DNA of 64,000 nt from Eledone cirrhosa (taxonomy: Eukaryota). Each line of letters starts with the position of its first letter. The first letter of the stretch is position 1. A model generated the notes under the pieces. The model saw only the letters and a list, made by a program, of their open reading frames with translations, had not been told where the DNA came from and did no database searches. The translations under genes were made by a program, and so were the position numbers. Location: assembly GCA_964016885.1 (NCBI GenBank), contig OZ024741.1, positions 174,964,001-175,028,000 of the forward strand. Reading direction: 5' to 3'. Below, piece after piece: positions 1 through 13,700 of the stretch.

Positions 1-252
1 GCAACATTATGCTATAATGTCTAGCAACATTATGATATAATATCTAGCAACATTATGATATAATATCTAGCAACATTATGCTATAATATCTAGCAACATT
101 ATGCTATAATATCTAGCAACATTATGCTATAATATCTAGCAACATTATGATATAATATCTAGCAACATTAGGATATAATATCTAGCAACATTAGGATATA
201 ATATCTAGCAACGTTATGTTATAATATCTAGCAACATTATCATATAATATCT
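1..252. repeat. 23-bp minisatellite (gcaacattatgmtataatatcta)n
   Basis: About 11 tandem units visible. Confidence 0.95.
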
Positions 253-253
253 G

Positions 254-443
254 GGCGGTGGATTGGCAGTATCGGTAGAGGGTCGGACGCCATGCTTTCC
301 AGCATAGTTACGTCCCTTTACGATCTGAGTTCAAATCCCGCCAAGGTTGACTTTGCCTTTCATCCTTACGGGGGTCGATAAAATAAAGTACCAGTAATGC
401 ACTGGGTAATTGCTGGCCTTGTGCCTAAAGTAGAAACAATTAT
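254..443 (+). mobile_element. tRNA-derived SINE (octopus OK-like), young subfamily
   Basis: A box TGGCAGTATCGG, B box GAGTTCAAATCC, core CTTTCATCCTTACGGGGTCGATAAA; 15-bp target duplication tatcatataatatct. Confidence 0.9.
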
Positions 444-539
444 CATATAATATCTAATAGCAATACTACTAGTAAATATATGCGATCTACTAGTATTATG
501 ATGAAATATCTAGCAGCAATATTATATCTAGTTACTTAC

Positions 540-623
540 AGAATAAGCTGGTTGGTTGCTAGCACAACGAGGATCACCTTCTTCAAGAGTTGGTGGAGGA
601 ATATTGTAAGATCGTCTCCAAAT
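540..623 (-). CDS. PGAM: PGAM coding exon 3
   Basis: tttcag|ATTTGG...TATTCT|gtaagt; [28 protein letters not shown]. Confidence 0.93.
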
Positions 624-3600
624 CTGAAATAAAAAAAAGCTCTCATAATCTTCTATATTACTTTTACTGGTTCCAGTCATAATATAGTGGCCATGCTGGG
701 GTACCATCTTAAAGGCAGTAATACAGAAGACCCGCCTTCCCATGATTACAGGCTGAAGCATACGTAAAGTATTCACCTCAAGCCCCTCCCCCCACCTCCC
801 ACGAGCACATGCTGAAGCATACATCTGGTATGCACCACCTTCACCTTCATCCCCACTTCCACACACCTAACAATCTGCCCCTCACACGTGCCCATATATT
901 CACTCTCTAACCAAAACCCCCAGACTACACTGTAAAGTGGTCATGATGGCGACACGACAAAAAGCACCCGGCCCACACTGTAAAGTGGTTGCGTAGGTGT
1001 CACAACAAAAAGAACCCAGTACTCATTGTAAATATGGTTGGAGTTAGGAAGGGCATCCAGCCATAGAAATCAAACCAGAAATAGTCCTGTACGAGCAAGA
1101 CATGGTCATCTGACCTTGACATGCCTTAAATAGGACAACTCGTTTAACCCATGCTAGTGTGGAAAGTGGACGTTAAACGGTGATGATGATATCAACTCTG
1201 GTACTTAATTTTTCAAGTATGGTACTTCTTTTATCAATCCCTTTTTGTTGAGTTGGTATGTTACAGTCTATTAACACACATACTATATATATATTAGGCG
1301 GTGGATTGGCAGTATTGGTAGAGGGTTGTACGCCATGCTTTGACGCATAGAGTTATGGCCCTTGCCATTCTGAGTTCAAATCCCGCCAAGGTTAACTTTG
1401 CCTTTCATCCTTATGGGGTCGATAAAATAAAGTACCAGTAATGCACTGGGTAATTGCTGGCCTTGTGCCAAAAGTAGAAACAATTATATATTTATATGAT
1501 GGGCTTCTGCATTTTCCATGTACCATATTTCACTCACAAGGCATTGATCAGCCTGAGGCTATAGTAGAATGTACTTGCCCTTGGTGCTGCAGAGTGGGAC
1601 TGAACCTGAAACCATGTGACTGTGAAGTGAATTCCTTCATCACACAGACAATTAAGCCATTATATTCATGTTTCTAACTGAAAATCACTGCTTATTGTAT
1701 TCCAGTATTTTATTTCTTTAATAAATGTCAAATCAAAAGATAAGTGGGGAGACCTAAGATATACTACTCTTCCCACATCTGGGAGAGTGTTGTTACAACA
1801 CACACACAAAGACATCTTAGGCACATAATAGAGTATTGCTCCCACATCTGAGACAGTGTTGCTACACACAGACATCGTAGACACACAATACAGTGCTATT
1901 CTCACACTAGGGACAGTGTTGCTACACACACATAGGCATCTTCAAGCCACAATAGAGTATTGCTCCCATATTTGGTAAAGTGATGCTACACATACAAACA
2001 GGCACACACACACAGACATCCTAGACTAAATAGAATACTGCTTTTACATCTCGGGCAGTGTTGTAACACACACAGATCCTCTCAATCCACAATGAGACAG
2101 TATTGCTATATGCACAACTGAATTGGCATGAAGTCACTGATCAACATGTTTGTTTCAACCTCTAGTCTACAAATGTGCTGTCTTTGCTCATCATTGCAGT
2201 GGTTTTTGCTCCTTAAACCTGGCTGGTTTGTCTAACTTATATACAGGAACTCTTGGCTCACACATTTCTTCTCCTCTTGTCACCTTTTCTTCCAATCCTA
2301 GAAGGTCTGGATTTACATTTTTGTACATGTTATTCACAAAGTCATTGACTTGCATTCCAGAGGAACATTGGCCATGTCCATGTCTCACCAGTATAAGAGT
2401 ATGTATGAAGGCCATGGGCATGCCTCCATCCAAACCAATACAAGCATCGTCTTCATGATTTTACATCTACTTTCCACACTGGTATGGGCTAGACAGATTG
2501 TTATGATCCAAGACCAGATGGGTCACGGCGACCTCATCTTGCTCATCATTTCATATTTGGCATGGTTTCTATGGCTGGATGACCTTTTTAACACTAACCA
2601 TCTCGCAAAATGAGCTGGATGTTTTTTGTGGCACTTTACAGAGTGCACTGGTCTGCGTTTTATCATGGCACCAACACTAGAGAGGTTGTCAAGACTGATA
2701 AAAAAACAAAAACAATTACAATTTTACAAGATAATTTATCAACTCACTTTCACTTGGTCTTCTCCATATTTTTTGGCGGTCTCTGCCTTATTAAGGCCCT
2801 GCAAGGCACCATAATGTCTTTCATTCAATCGCCAATGTTTGGTTACTGGGATCCAGTGAAGATCAAGTTCCTCTTGAATGAAGAACAATGTCTTGATGGC
2901 CCTTTTCAATACACTTGTGTAAGCAATGTCAAATTTGAAACCCTTTTCTTTCAGCATCTAAATTTAATATAAAAACAAATTTATTAAATATAAAATGAAA
3001 AAGAATGTCAGGCTTCATTAAGACTTTCCAAACTAAACAGCCTGAAGCAGCTCTTGGTTCTATTCTACAAAAGAATCTTTGTTTAGTTATGTTCCAAATA
3101 CCAGCTTAATAATGAGAAAGTTACTTATATTACTAAACCCCTCAAAATTATTGATTATTTTCAAAATTATTTGAAAATCATTTGAAAATCATGAGAAAAA
3201 AAGAGGTAAAATTACTCAGCTTCTTAAATGTATATAAGTTGATTTCCAAGAAAATCCACAGATTATGAAAAAAAAAGTTAAACATTGACCATTTTAAAAT
3301 GAAATGGTAAGAAATGATAATGGATGAAGAGATGGCAAATTGACATAGTTGTTAGAGCTTTGGATAGAATTTCTGCTGGTATTTATTTGTTCTGGCTCTG
3401 TGCTTTTGAGTTCAAATCCGACTGAGGTTAACTCTAACTCATCTTTAACGTACTGGGGTTGAATCTTCTCAGTCTCCCTTTTAGAATTGGCTATATTGTG
3501 CAATGAGAAGGGTCAGTGAAGATAGGTAGTTAGTGTGTGGCCTTGAAGGGAGTGAAACTGGGGGACACACAATATGGGTGATGATAGGTGGGGAGGTCTG

Positions 3601-4543
3601 AATGGAGAGAGAGAGAGATTTAGTTTCAGGTCAATATTTTACTTGGACATAATTTTTATTGATTTTTGGGAAACAAAAGATGTAATCTGAATGACATAAG
3701 AAATCGTAGTTACACACAGTAAGCTCTGAACCAACAAAGGAACCTTTAGATTGGTCACTCAACCTGCAAGATAGCAGCGAAATCTCTCTTAAATCAATAG
3801 AAGCCACATTAGTTAATGCAGTCATAGATATACTATATCTGAGAGAAGAAAGCAAAACGATATGGTGGCCACAGCTAGAAGACTCTTTAATCAAGATCTG
3901 CTCAACAGTTAACCAATTTAAAATATATACTTAGAATATCATTAAAAAAAGTAAATAGATAATAACTAAAAAAAAGAAAAAGAGCCGAAATACAGACACT
4001 ACAACAGGGAGAACTGGTGTATTTCCGTCTAAAATTTCTTAAGGCAACCTAAAGTTGCCAAAAATTTCCTGCTTCTATGAAAAAAAAAAATCGATAAAAC
4101 TAAAATCATGCTGTAACCCTCTCTCTTACACGCTTAATTCCTCTCACTACTACCTTAAAAAATCTATGAAACTACATACATGTTGCAACTCTCTCTCTCT
4201 ATATATATATCACACACACATATACATATACATCTAAAGAGAGAAAGGGAGATGTAGAGAGAGAGAGTGAGATAGGTTGTTATACAGAGAGAGGTACAAG
4301 ATAATCAGATAGAGAGAGAAAGAGAGAGAGAGAGTGAGAGAGACAGAGAGAGAAAGAGAGAGAGAGAGTGAGAGAGACAGAGAGAGAAAGAGAGAGAGAG
4401 AGTGAGAGAGAAAGAGAGAATGGCGATGAATGCTGGTTCACACACACATATATATATAAAGACAGAGAGAGAGAGAGAGAGATCTGCGCGTTCTTTATTG
4501 TTCTCCATTCTGTAGAGGAAGAGAGAGAAAGGGGGGTATGAGC

Positions 4544-4574
<31 letters not shown>

Positions 4575-7500
4575 GGTATGAGAAAAAAGGGAGAGGGGTT
4601 GAGAAAGAAAGAAAGTTTAAGCAAAGAATCGCTGCTTTCAACATCAACGGGATTTCTGAAACTAAAAAATTCAATCTGTGAACGCAGAATTAAATATTTC
4701 GAGAAACGTTGCAACCGAAGGAAAACAGGAAGACGATATTTTGGTTCATGAAGACATTCTGTGGTAATGAATGGAAAAAAAGCGAGGATAATACGTCGTT
4801 ATGTGGACCGAGAAGAACAATTTCATGCAAAGACGAGAACAAGTTTATGGTATAAATGGAGTCTTTAGACTAATATTCTATTTAAAATAACCGAATGATT
4901 TCCAACCCCGGAGTTTAAGAATGATGTGAATAAAATTGTAAACGAAAATGACAGAGGTTATTAAAATAGTTGTTTCTACTTTTGGTACAAGGCCAGCAAA
5001 TACCCAGTACATTACTGGTACTTTATTTTATCAACCCCGTAAGGAAGAAAGGCAAAGTTAACCTCAACAGGATTTTAACTTTGCCTTAAAATAGTAAAAG
5101 TAAATAGTGAAGATTTAGGCCAGTACATATGTATACGCTGACGGACATACACACACATATACATACGCGTGTGTGTAAACCTTATGCATTTCTACAGTAT
5201 TTTCACCAAACTTAAGACATAGGTTACTTATGTACTCTGGATGGTCATGGGCACTTTCATTTTTCCAGATATTGATTATAGGGCCTCCCGGCAGATAACC
5301 TGCTTTAACCACTTCCTTGGAGTCGACTGAAGCACTGCAGTGCAATGCAACAAAACGTCATAACTTCTGGAGTTCGCAACCGATTTTCACAAAACTTGAC
5401 ACATGGGCTACGTTTGTTCTACAGATGAATGTGAAAGGAACTTAACATTGTAACTTTAATACAGCTACTGAGCAGCCCCGAGCAACGCCGGGCTTTACTG
5501 CTATAGGTGATAAAGTTGTGCAGACAGACAGTTGTGCAGAGAGGTGATATAGGCGATAAAGTTGTGCAGACAGATAATCGTGCAGAGAGGTGATAGGCGA
5601 TGAAATTGCATTTTTGTTTTTTGTTTTTCATGTCCATCCAATTTCTTTGTTTCAAAATAACTGATAGTTTGGTTACGCTGATATTTTTTTCTGAGACAAG
5701 TGTTGCAGTGTTTACATTTACGATTTTTGTTAATAGATTACCAGTGCAGTTTTTATCCCCAGCATCTTCTTTTGTTTTAACATTCGAGCTATGGTTATAT
5801 TTTCTTAACTTCATAAGGCATACTGTTGGTTGAGGGAATATTAATCAAAAGTACCACATGAAAGTCTACACTGTAGACTCTACAGTTTTTAAGCCAAGAA
5901 AGGAACTTAACATTGTAACTTTAACACAGTTACTGAGCAGCCCCGAGCAACGCCGGGCTTTAATGCTAGTTATTTATAAATAAATTAACGATTTTATTTA
6001 TTATATATTATTTACAATTTGCGTGTAGGCAGGTCTCTCTGTAAATAAGGTTGGGGTGCTGAGGGTATTACGGGACCGAAGCGGGGCGGTGGCCCAACAC
6101 ATTTGAGAACTTCTGCCGTAGATAATAGCGAGGCAGAAGCACTGGAATAGCCAATCATCCTCACAATAATCATCTGATATTTCGGTTAGACGATACGCCA
6201 ACGGACACAATCTCATTATCAGAGGCCCAGATCGACTGAACAATCTCGAAAGTGATAAAACGTAATTACGATATTTCAGTAATTTATTCCGTTTGACCAT
6301 GGACGAAGTAACCCTTACCTAACTCCATCGCAGAATTTACAATGTATAGTGGAGTAAAAGGAATTATTAACAGTGGTGTCCCATATGAAGAATGTACCTC
6401 TAACCCAAGTGCAAAGAGTAAAGCCCACCCAGCCTCCTCTTATTGGCCTTGGACTCTTCCACAGGCATTAACAGAATTGAGGGAATATTTATTACATATT
6501 ACAGCTAACTAAATCGGAAATTGTATCGGCTAAACTTATTCCGCAGCTATGCAAGTTGAAAACAGAATAATTTCTTTATTAGCCACAAAGGGCTGACATG
6601 AAGAAAACATTTAAGACGGCACAGTACGATACAACATGGATTTTTGTGTGAAAAAAAATTGTGATAATAGAAAACAATTTCTGGCGTTGACTCAAGGCCA
6701 GAAATTAGAGGGGTTGGGTGTCTTAGTTAATTGAATCGAACTCAAGTACTAAACTAGTACTTTATTTTACCGACATCGGTGGAATTTGAACTCAACTGTA
6801 GATAATAATAATAACGATTATTATTATTATTATTATTGGTGGATTGGCAGTATCGGTAGAGGGTCGGACGCCATGCTTTCCAGTATAGTTACGTCCCTTT
6901 ACGATCTGAGTTCAAATCCCGCCGAGGTTGACTTTGCCTTTCATCCTTACGGGGTCGATAAAATAAAGTACCAGTAATGCACTGGGTTATTACTGGCCTT
7001 GTGCCTAAAGTAGAAACAATTATTATTATTATTATTCCTTTATTAACTACAAAAGTTCACACGAAGAAAACATTAAGGACGACCTGTGGGTATTTTTCTT
7101 TTTCGTGTAAAAATATAACAAAAACAACATACAAGATTTAAAAAAAAAATCGCTAACAGCTGAAGTCTTCCAAGGGTCACTCATGGAGAAAACCCACAAA
7201 AACCACGACCACCTTCACCTTCAAGTGCCTCATCTGAGTCGATACATATCCAAAGTACACGATTCGAAACAGTATGCAGTTAATCTATATTTAGTCAGGT
7301 TTAAGGTTTCATTCACCTTCATCGGCAACCTTGACAAACATCCTTGACCTACATTAACGCGACAACAGTGACAAGTACGAAACAAAACAGTCTTTCTGAA
7401 GGAGGGGGCGGGGGCAAATGTTAAATAAAGTTGAAAATTGTTCTTAATTAAAAAGACAGAAAAAATATGATTACTAATAGTGTGTTTGAAATAAAGAAAC

Positions 7501-7622
7501 ACTAATATTCAGAATATTTCCTAATTATTTTACAATTAACCTATGTATAATCACGTCACTTTACCTAACGATATATCTAGCTGTCGATACGGCCGGAGCT
7601 CAACCGTCGGGGTCCTGAATCT

Positions 7623-7658
<36 letters not shown>

Positions 7659-8884
7659 AAATGAAAATCCGAAGTCAATGATTGGAATTTTACCTTGTCT
7701 TCGGATTTTCATTTTGATACTTATACTCCGTTTTACATCATCTAGCTATTCCCTTGAATGGAATTGGAGATATACAAAAGCGTTGAGAACTTAATATTGC
7801 TAACAAAGTTATTGGACCATTTTACACAACCAATAATGCACCTTACTTTATAACAACTATATATATACACATATATATGTATGCGTGTGTGTGTGTGTGT
7901 ATGCGTGTGTTAGTTGATTGTCTGCTTCTTGTCAGTATCAATAGAACGTCAGAGAAAATGCTTTGCAGTATTTAAGTTACGACTTTCTAGGTTCTGAGTT
8001 CAAATCCTGTCCAGATCAACTTTAACTCTTCTGGGGTAGATAAAATAAAGTACCAGTAAAGTACTGGAGTTGACATAATCGACAAATTCCTAGCAGTGTG
8101 CCTAAATTAGAAATCATTATCATAATTCTATTCATATCTAGCATGCTTTACAAATCCCAAGACGAATGCGGCATTCGTTTACATAAATTATGATGTAACA
8201 AGTAGTGCATAGTAAGATTCTAAAATGACATATCAGAGTAGGATGGCATGGCAAACTCAAGGATTGCTTCGAGAAGCACAAATCCTAAATCCAAGCTACG
8301 ACACTGCTTTCCAGTCCTAACAATTACCGTATTTATTATTATTAGTATTTGAGGGCGTTGGATTGGCAGAGCCGTTTAGAGCGTCGGCTAAAATGCTTAG
8401 CAGTATTTATTGACATCCCGCCGATGTCAACTTTGTCTTTCATACTTCTACGGTCGATAAAATAAAGTACCAAACAAATGCTGGATTGATTTAATCGACT
8501 CCCCCATTCACCAAAATTGCTGGCCTCGTGCCTAAGTTAGAAATATTTTAAAATCAGGACATTATACATTTCAGCCTTACTATGTCAAAACAAAAGGGAT
8601 GTAATTTGGCTGCTATTTCTAATATGTCGATCACCAGTAACAAGTTCTTCTTGTCTTCGCAATGTAATAAAGAGAAGTAAGATGTCATGTCTATATCGGT
8701 ACCAAACATGGAACCATATAAGGCTATGACGCTTCTATTTTATTTTTCTTACTCTCTCTATGAAATAGATCTATAGAAATATAGATTGGTTTAATAGTAG
8801 CAAATATATATACTAATATAGAGGAGAAAAAAAAATGAAAACCTCTAAATCTGGGCAACTATATATATATAGCAAAGTTACATA

Positions 8885-8917
<33 letters not shown>

Positions 8918-9857
8918 CGCGCGTGTGTGTATATAGGAAATCATCAAGAATATCAATATATATTCCTCATGATTTCCTTCGAATGAAACAGTTCTAGTAC
9001 CGTAGAAGCCATTTCTATATTAAACATTTATACTCTGCTATGTATTGAGTACCTTACTGTGGTTACCCCCGATTGAACCCGACACACACACATATATATA
9101 TACATACATATGTGTGTGTTGTGTGTGATAAAGGTAAAAGGAAAACAACACAGTAAACGATACAGTGCAATGAAGATAAATATTAGTTTAATACTAGACA
9201 TAGTAGAAAAATTATCGTAACATTGCGGGCGTTAGCCCTTCATCAGAAGATAGAATGAAAATAAAAGAAGAAATAGAAAGATAAAGAGGAAGAAACGGAA
9301 AGAAGTGTTTGGAGAAAAAGAATACGTTTACCATATATATAATTATATATTTCCTACACTCCCCATTTTCAATAGTCCTGTTGTTTAACGTCAATTTCTT
9401 TTTTAAGCAAACATATGATCAAATGCTTTCCAGCCATGACCTTCCACTCATCTTTTATCCAGATCATGCATTCAGGAACCCATTATATATATACATACTC
9501 ACACGTACATACATATAATTGTTTCTACATATTTCAAGGGCCACCAAGACAAATTATGGTGCGCTTTCATCAGATAAAATACAATACAGATTTGTTTTAT
9601 AAATAAATATTGTTTAACTTTTAAATATATATATATATATATATATTTAAAAGTTAAACAAGGTTCAATGAATACATCAAAAATGAGTTTTACAATAGAT
9701 TGGAAGCACTCAACAAAGAAAAGGTTTTCCAGAGTTATTAATATTAATTCAAAATATTAACAAAATAGATATTCTTGTGATAAATTATATTTTATCTGAA
9801 ATATGTATAATAAAATATAATTGATCACAAGAATATCGATTTTGTTAATATTTTGAA

Positions 9858-9909
<52 letters not shown>

Positions 9910-10111
9910 CATACATACACATGTGAAAAGATTCAGGATCCCGACGGCTGAGCTCCGGCCGTTTCGACAGCTAGATCCGAACTCCAGATCTAGTTGTTGA
10001 AACGGCCGGAGCTCAGCCGTTGGGTTCTGAATCTTTTCATATTACCCACACTACTACCCCAAGTATTGAGTACTCTGGTGGGTTACGGTCCACTTGTTTT
10101 TTTACCACACT

Positions 10112-10196
<85 letters not shown>

Positions 10197-10410
10197 GTGA
10201 GAGAGATACAGTAAAGCGTATATATATATACACAGATTACTGTATATCTCCCAAATGAAATGAAATATTTTTAATATATACCTTGCCAGCGTTTACGGCT
10301 TCAGTCACACCAGTCGCAGATAGATCAGCATCATACCAACCGCAGAAAAAGTTTTTCTGATTCCATTCACTTTCACCATGTCTCACAAGAACAATTTTAT
10401 GAGCTGCCAT
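540..10410 (-). CDS. PGAM: 2,3-BPG-dependent phosphoglycerate mutase, 5' part (exons 10282-10410, 2748-2957, 540-623; further exons outside the window)
   Basis: Spliced translation [43 protein letters not shown]|[23 protein letters not shown]...[29 protein letters not shown]|[11 protein letters not shown]. It has the RHG catalytic motif; both complete introns are GT-AG, phase 0. Confidence 0.96.
1297..1486 (+). mobile_element. OK-like SINE copy
   Basis: Close match to 254-443. Confidence 0.9.
2748..2957 (-). CDS. PGAM: PGAM coding exon 2
   Basis: tttag|ATGCTG...GTGAAA|gtgagt; [12 protein letters not shown] and [13 protein letters not shown] motifs. Confidence 0.97.
4247..4580. repeat. (GA)n-rich microsatellite block
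   Basis: Long interrupted GA runs. Confidence 0.9.
5280..5970 (+). mobile_element. Helitron/Helentron-like non-autonomous element with duplicated 3' end
   Basis: GC hairpin cccgagcaacgccggg followed by ctagt at 5941-5970; the same ~65-bp terminus is repeated at about 5435-5503. Confidence 0.5.
6838..7030 (+). mobile_element. OK-like SINE copy
   Basis: Same family, inserted in an (ATT)n tract. Confidence 0.9.
9921..10116 (+). mobile_element. Fold-back Penelope-like terminal fragment (family A) between (TA)n tracts
   Basis: Inverted arms of about 55 bp; hammerhead 3' half GAAACGGC...GCCGT; related copies at 7575-7628, 45819-45935, 53019-53229, 53598-53775. Confidence 0.7.
10282..10410 (-). 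CDS. PGAM: PGAM coding exon 1
   Basis: ATG at 10410; 43 codons including RHGESEWN and FCGWYD; donor AAG|gtatat. Confidence 0.95.
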
Positions 10411-10678
10411 CTCTTTGATGTCTCGCAGTGCTTTACAAACGAGCGAATGTTACTTGCAACAAGACGAAGAGGAGGACAGCAGGTTTTGACGTTGACCTTG
10501 AAGTAAAAAGCTACAGTGTCCTTGACAATATAAATACTAAGCCGGATATTACCGAACTATGCCGAATTGCTCGGTAAACATGGGTAAGTTCCGTCGGTAC
10601 GTAAACTACCGAGTCGTGTACGTGTGTCATTCTGTCATGGCTGCTGTTTTGTAAGTTTTATCAAAACCAGACAACAAA
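10411..10678. promoter_or_regulatory. Putative bidirectional promoter / shared 5' region of PGAM and ACTR10
   Basis: 268 bp between divergent ATGs; locally CpG-richer and free of repeats. Confidence 0.7.
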
Positions 10679-10743
10679 ATGCCGTTATACGAGGCATCAG
10701 TGTTTCCTGCTGTTATTTTTGATATTGGAACAGCCTATACAAA
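10679..10743 (+). CDS. ACTR10: ACTR10 exon 1
   Basis: [21 protein letters not shown]; donor AA|gtaagt. Confidence 0.92.
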
Positions 10744-13700
10744 GTAAGTTACAATCTAATAGACAGTTCTTATCAAGACATTGTTTCCCTTAATTCGCGA
10801 TAATTTTACTTTAAGATCTGTTGAAAACCTTGATATTGAAGTTTTTGCTTTCAGTATTTCAAAACTATATTTTAAACTAAATGTAAATATCCAATGTCGT
10901 TCTAATATGTTTTATTAAGTGCTTCAGGACCACTATTATATGCTGCAACCGTCAGTGTATACGAATATATTTGTTAAAATTTGTTTTATTAAAGTATTTT
11001 GATATTTACTGCGTGCCAGTTAATGAATGAATGTGCCATTACTTACAAAATGTCATCAGAGGTAAAATCAACCATCATTTTAAATAACTATAATTATTTC
11101 TTAGGTATCTGAATACACAGCTCTCTTTACTGATTATTTGATAATGTAACGTAAGACAGACTTATTAAATACTTGGGGGTTTTAGGGCATTGTGTTGTGA
11201 GTGAGCAGACGGGTAGTTTCGACAATGGATCCCAAAATACGAAAAGGAAAATATCTGGTCCGATTAACCAGATTCGTTTCGCATGATCCGCTCATTTATA
11301 CAGACACTGAAGCCGACGAGCTAATTTTAACTCTATTCAACACTAATTGTAACGTGTGTATTAGATGCATAAAATCTGATGTATCGGACGAGATGTTTTC
11401 ATTTTCGTAGATTTGTGAAATGATCAAGGAAAAATATAAATTTCACCTTCAAGATTCTGACCAAATTATCAACTAACAACCCTTAAAATTGATTTATTAT
11501 CATTATTAATAAAGATTTATCAAAAACAACAACGAGAAATGAAGTGTATTACTCAAGAACACAATATGTTGGCCAGTTTAGGAATCAAACCCACGACCCT
11601 TTGATCGTGAGTACAACACTAACTCGAGGCTACGGAGCAGACTTACGGTACACAGGTAGTCGATTGAACAAACTAGACGCGACAAACAGCTCTGTTGTTT
11701 AGATATACCCTGTCTCCCCGTCTCATACTTATAACCATACTGTGCACTACGGCATACAGCGATGAACTGTATGTGGTGGTGCAGTGCAACAATTTCGGCA
11801 TGTTGTATTCTCTGTACTGTCTACTCCTATTTCTGTACACCTGTAGATTCTAGAAGTGGCCTCAGTCAATTTACATTTGATTGGCAGGTGGCAGTTGTTG
11901 TGCCTTTTAATTGATATAGAAAGGTGGCAAATTGGCAAAGTTAGAATGTCAGAATGCTATGCAGAATTCATTCCAGCTCTCTTGAGTTCAAAACCCGCTG
12001 ATGTCAACAATGGCTATCATTCTTCCTAGGTTGATAACAAAGAGTGACATTCCAGTACTATGTTGAGTCTTCCTCCATATTCCCTTCTCACTTCCTCTCC
12101 ATCTCTCTCACTCTCTCTGTTTCCCTGGAAGAAATTGGCTGTGCTTAAATTTCGATAAAAGGATTTTATACCAAAATATTAAGGACTATTAAACAACTCC
12201 AAAGTAACATTCCAACATTTTTGTTATCATTGGTGAACTGGCAGTATCGGTAGAGCGTCAGACACCATGCTTTGCACCATAGTTATGTCCCTTTACGTTC
12301 TGAGTTCAAATCCTGCCGAGGTTAGCTTTGTCTTTCATCCTTACAGGGTTGATAAAGTAATGCACTGGAGTAATTGCTGGCCTTGTATCAAAAGTAGGAA
12401 CAATTATTTTTTAATATTTAAAGTCCCATTTGTATTGCTGTTGCCTTCTAATAAAACACAATGTTTCAAGCAGGTTTCAACACCCTCTTTTCACTTTTAG
12501 TATTATTGTTTTGTTGTGTATATAGTTTGTGTTCAGTCTGTGATGATGTTTTATGTATTTTGTAGCTTTTTGTGATTTGTTAGGGAGTGCTTGAGGGCCC
12601 CACACATGGCTAATCCATAAGACACTATATAAAATAAGTAGCATCAATAACAATGACCACATCTTACCTCATGTTACATTACCAGACGCATTCTTCCAAC
12701 TCCAAGCAAGAGCTCTTATCAAGTGTTTCTTGAAAATTAGCCCCAACAGACAAATAAGCAGAAAGGAGCCAATTGTCAGATCAGACCAAGGAAACTGTTT
12801 CCATTGCTTATACTATCTGCCGGTTACAAGTCCTGGCAGAAGCAACATGGTTTTCTAACAATTCTGTCAATCCATCACCCTGGACTAGTGCTTCTTTTTA
12901 ATGACCCATAAAAGCATGAAAGGCAAAACTAACTTTGGTGGGATTTGAACTCGAAGCAGAGAGCCAGAATAAATACAGCAAGGGATATTGTCCTACATTC
13001 TAACAATAATGCTAATTCACCACCTTGTTTGTTGTTTTACAAGGCTCTTTGTATTTTTAATATTTATTATTCTAATATAAAAATTACAATACAAACTTAC
13101 TGTAAATAAAACAAACAATATTAGCCCTTCCATTGCCATATCTCTCATGAAAGACACTACCTATAGTTTTCAATTATCTTTGAAAACAATGAAGAATTCG
13201 GAATAATTAGCATAATTAACTTTCTCATTAATTAGCTGGTGTTTGAGGTATAACCTAACAAATGTTCTTACATAAAATTATGTCTGAAGGGTTTCAGATA
13301 AATACAAAAACTTAACCCTTACGTTGTCATATTTCTAATGAAAACCACTCCCTATGATTTTCAAATAACTTTGAAAACAATCAAGAATTTGGAGGGATTT
13401 AATCATATAACTAATTTTCTCAAGAAAGGGCTCTTAAATAAAAATATGACTAGGTTTTTAGATAAATATAAACACTACAAAATAAATTTGTGTATCATTG
13501 AACCAGAGATGTTACGGGCTGTTAGGTATCAAAAGGATTAAATAGAAATTATTTGTAATTTTACTTTATATTTTTCAGATGTGGTTTTGCAGGAGAAATG
13601 GGACCAAGGTATATTATACCAAGTCAGCTGAAAAACAGAGATGGAGAGGTAAAAAAAGTTTTCTATTTATTTTTGTGTGAAATATTGCAATTTTATTTAA

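Noticed and set aside
1-252. Regular repeats resembling a CRISPR array (also 20010-20330, 29420-29825)
   Set aside because: Contiguous tandem units without unique spacers, eukaryotic context, no cas genes.
254-345. tRNA gene (A and B boxes)
   Set aside because: No cloverleaf; it is the head of a multi-copy SINE.
4280-4714. ORFs with [12 protein letters not shown] or CVCV runs throughout the ORF track
   Set aside because: Translations of dinucleotide microsatellites.
9221-9247. Hammerhead-like CTGATGAAGGGCTAACGCCCGCAA on the minus strand
   Set aside because: The GAAA core is mutated and stems I and III are unconvincing; at most a decayed relic.
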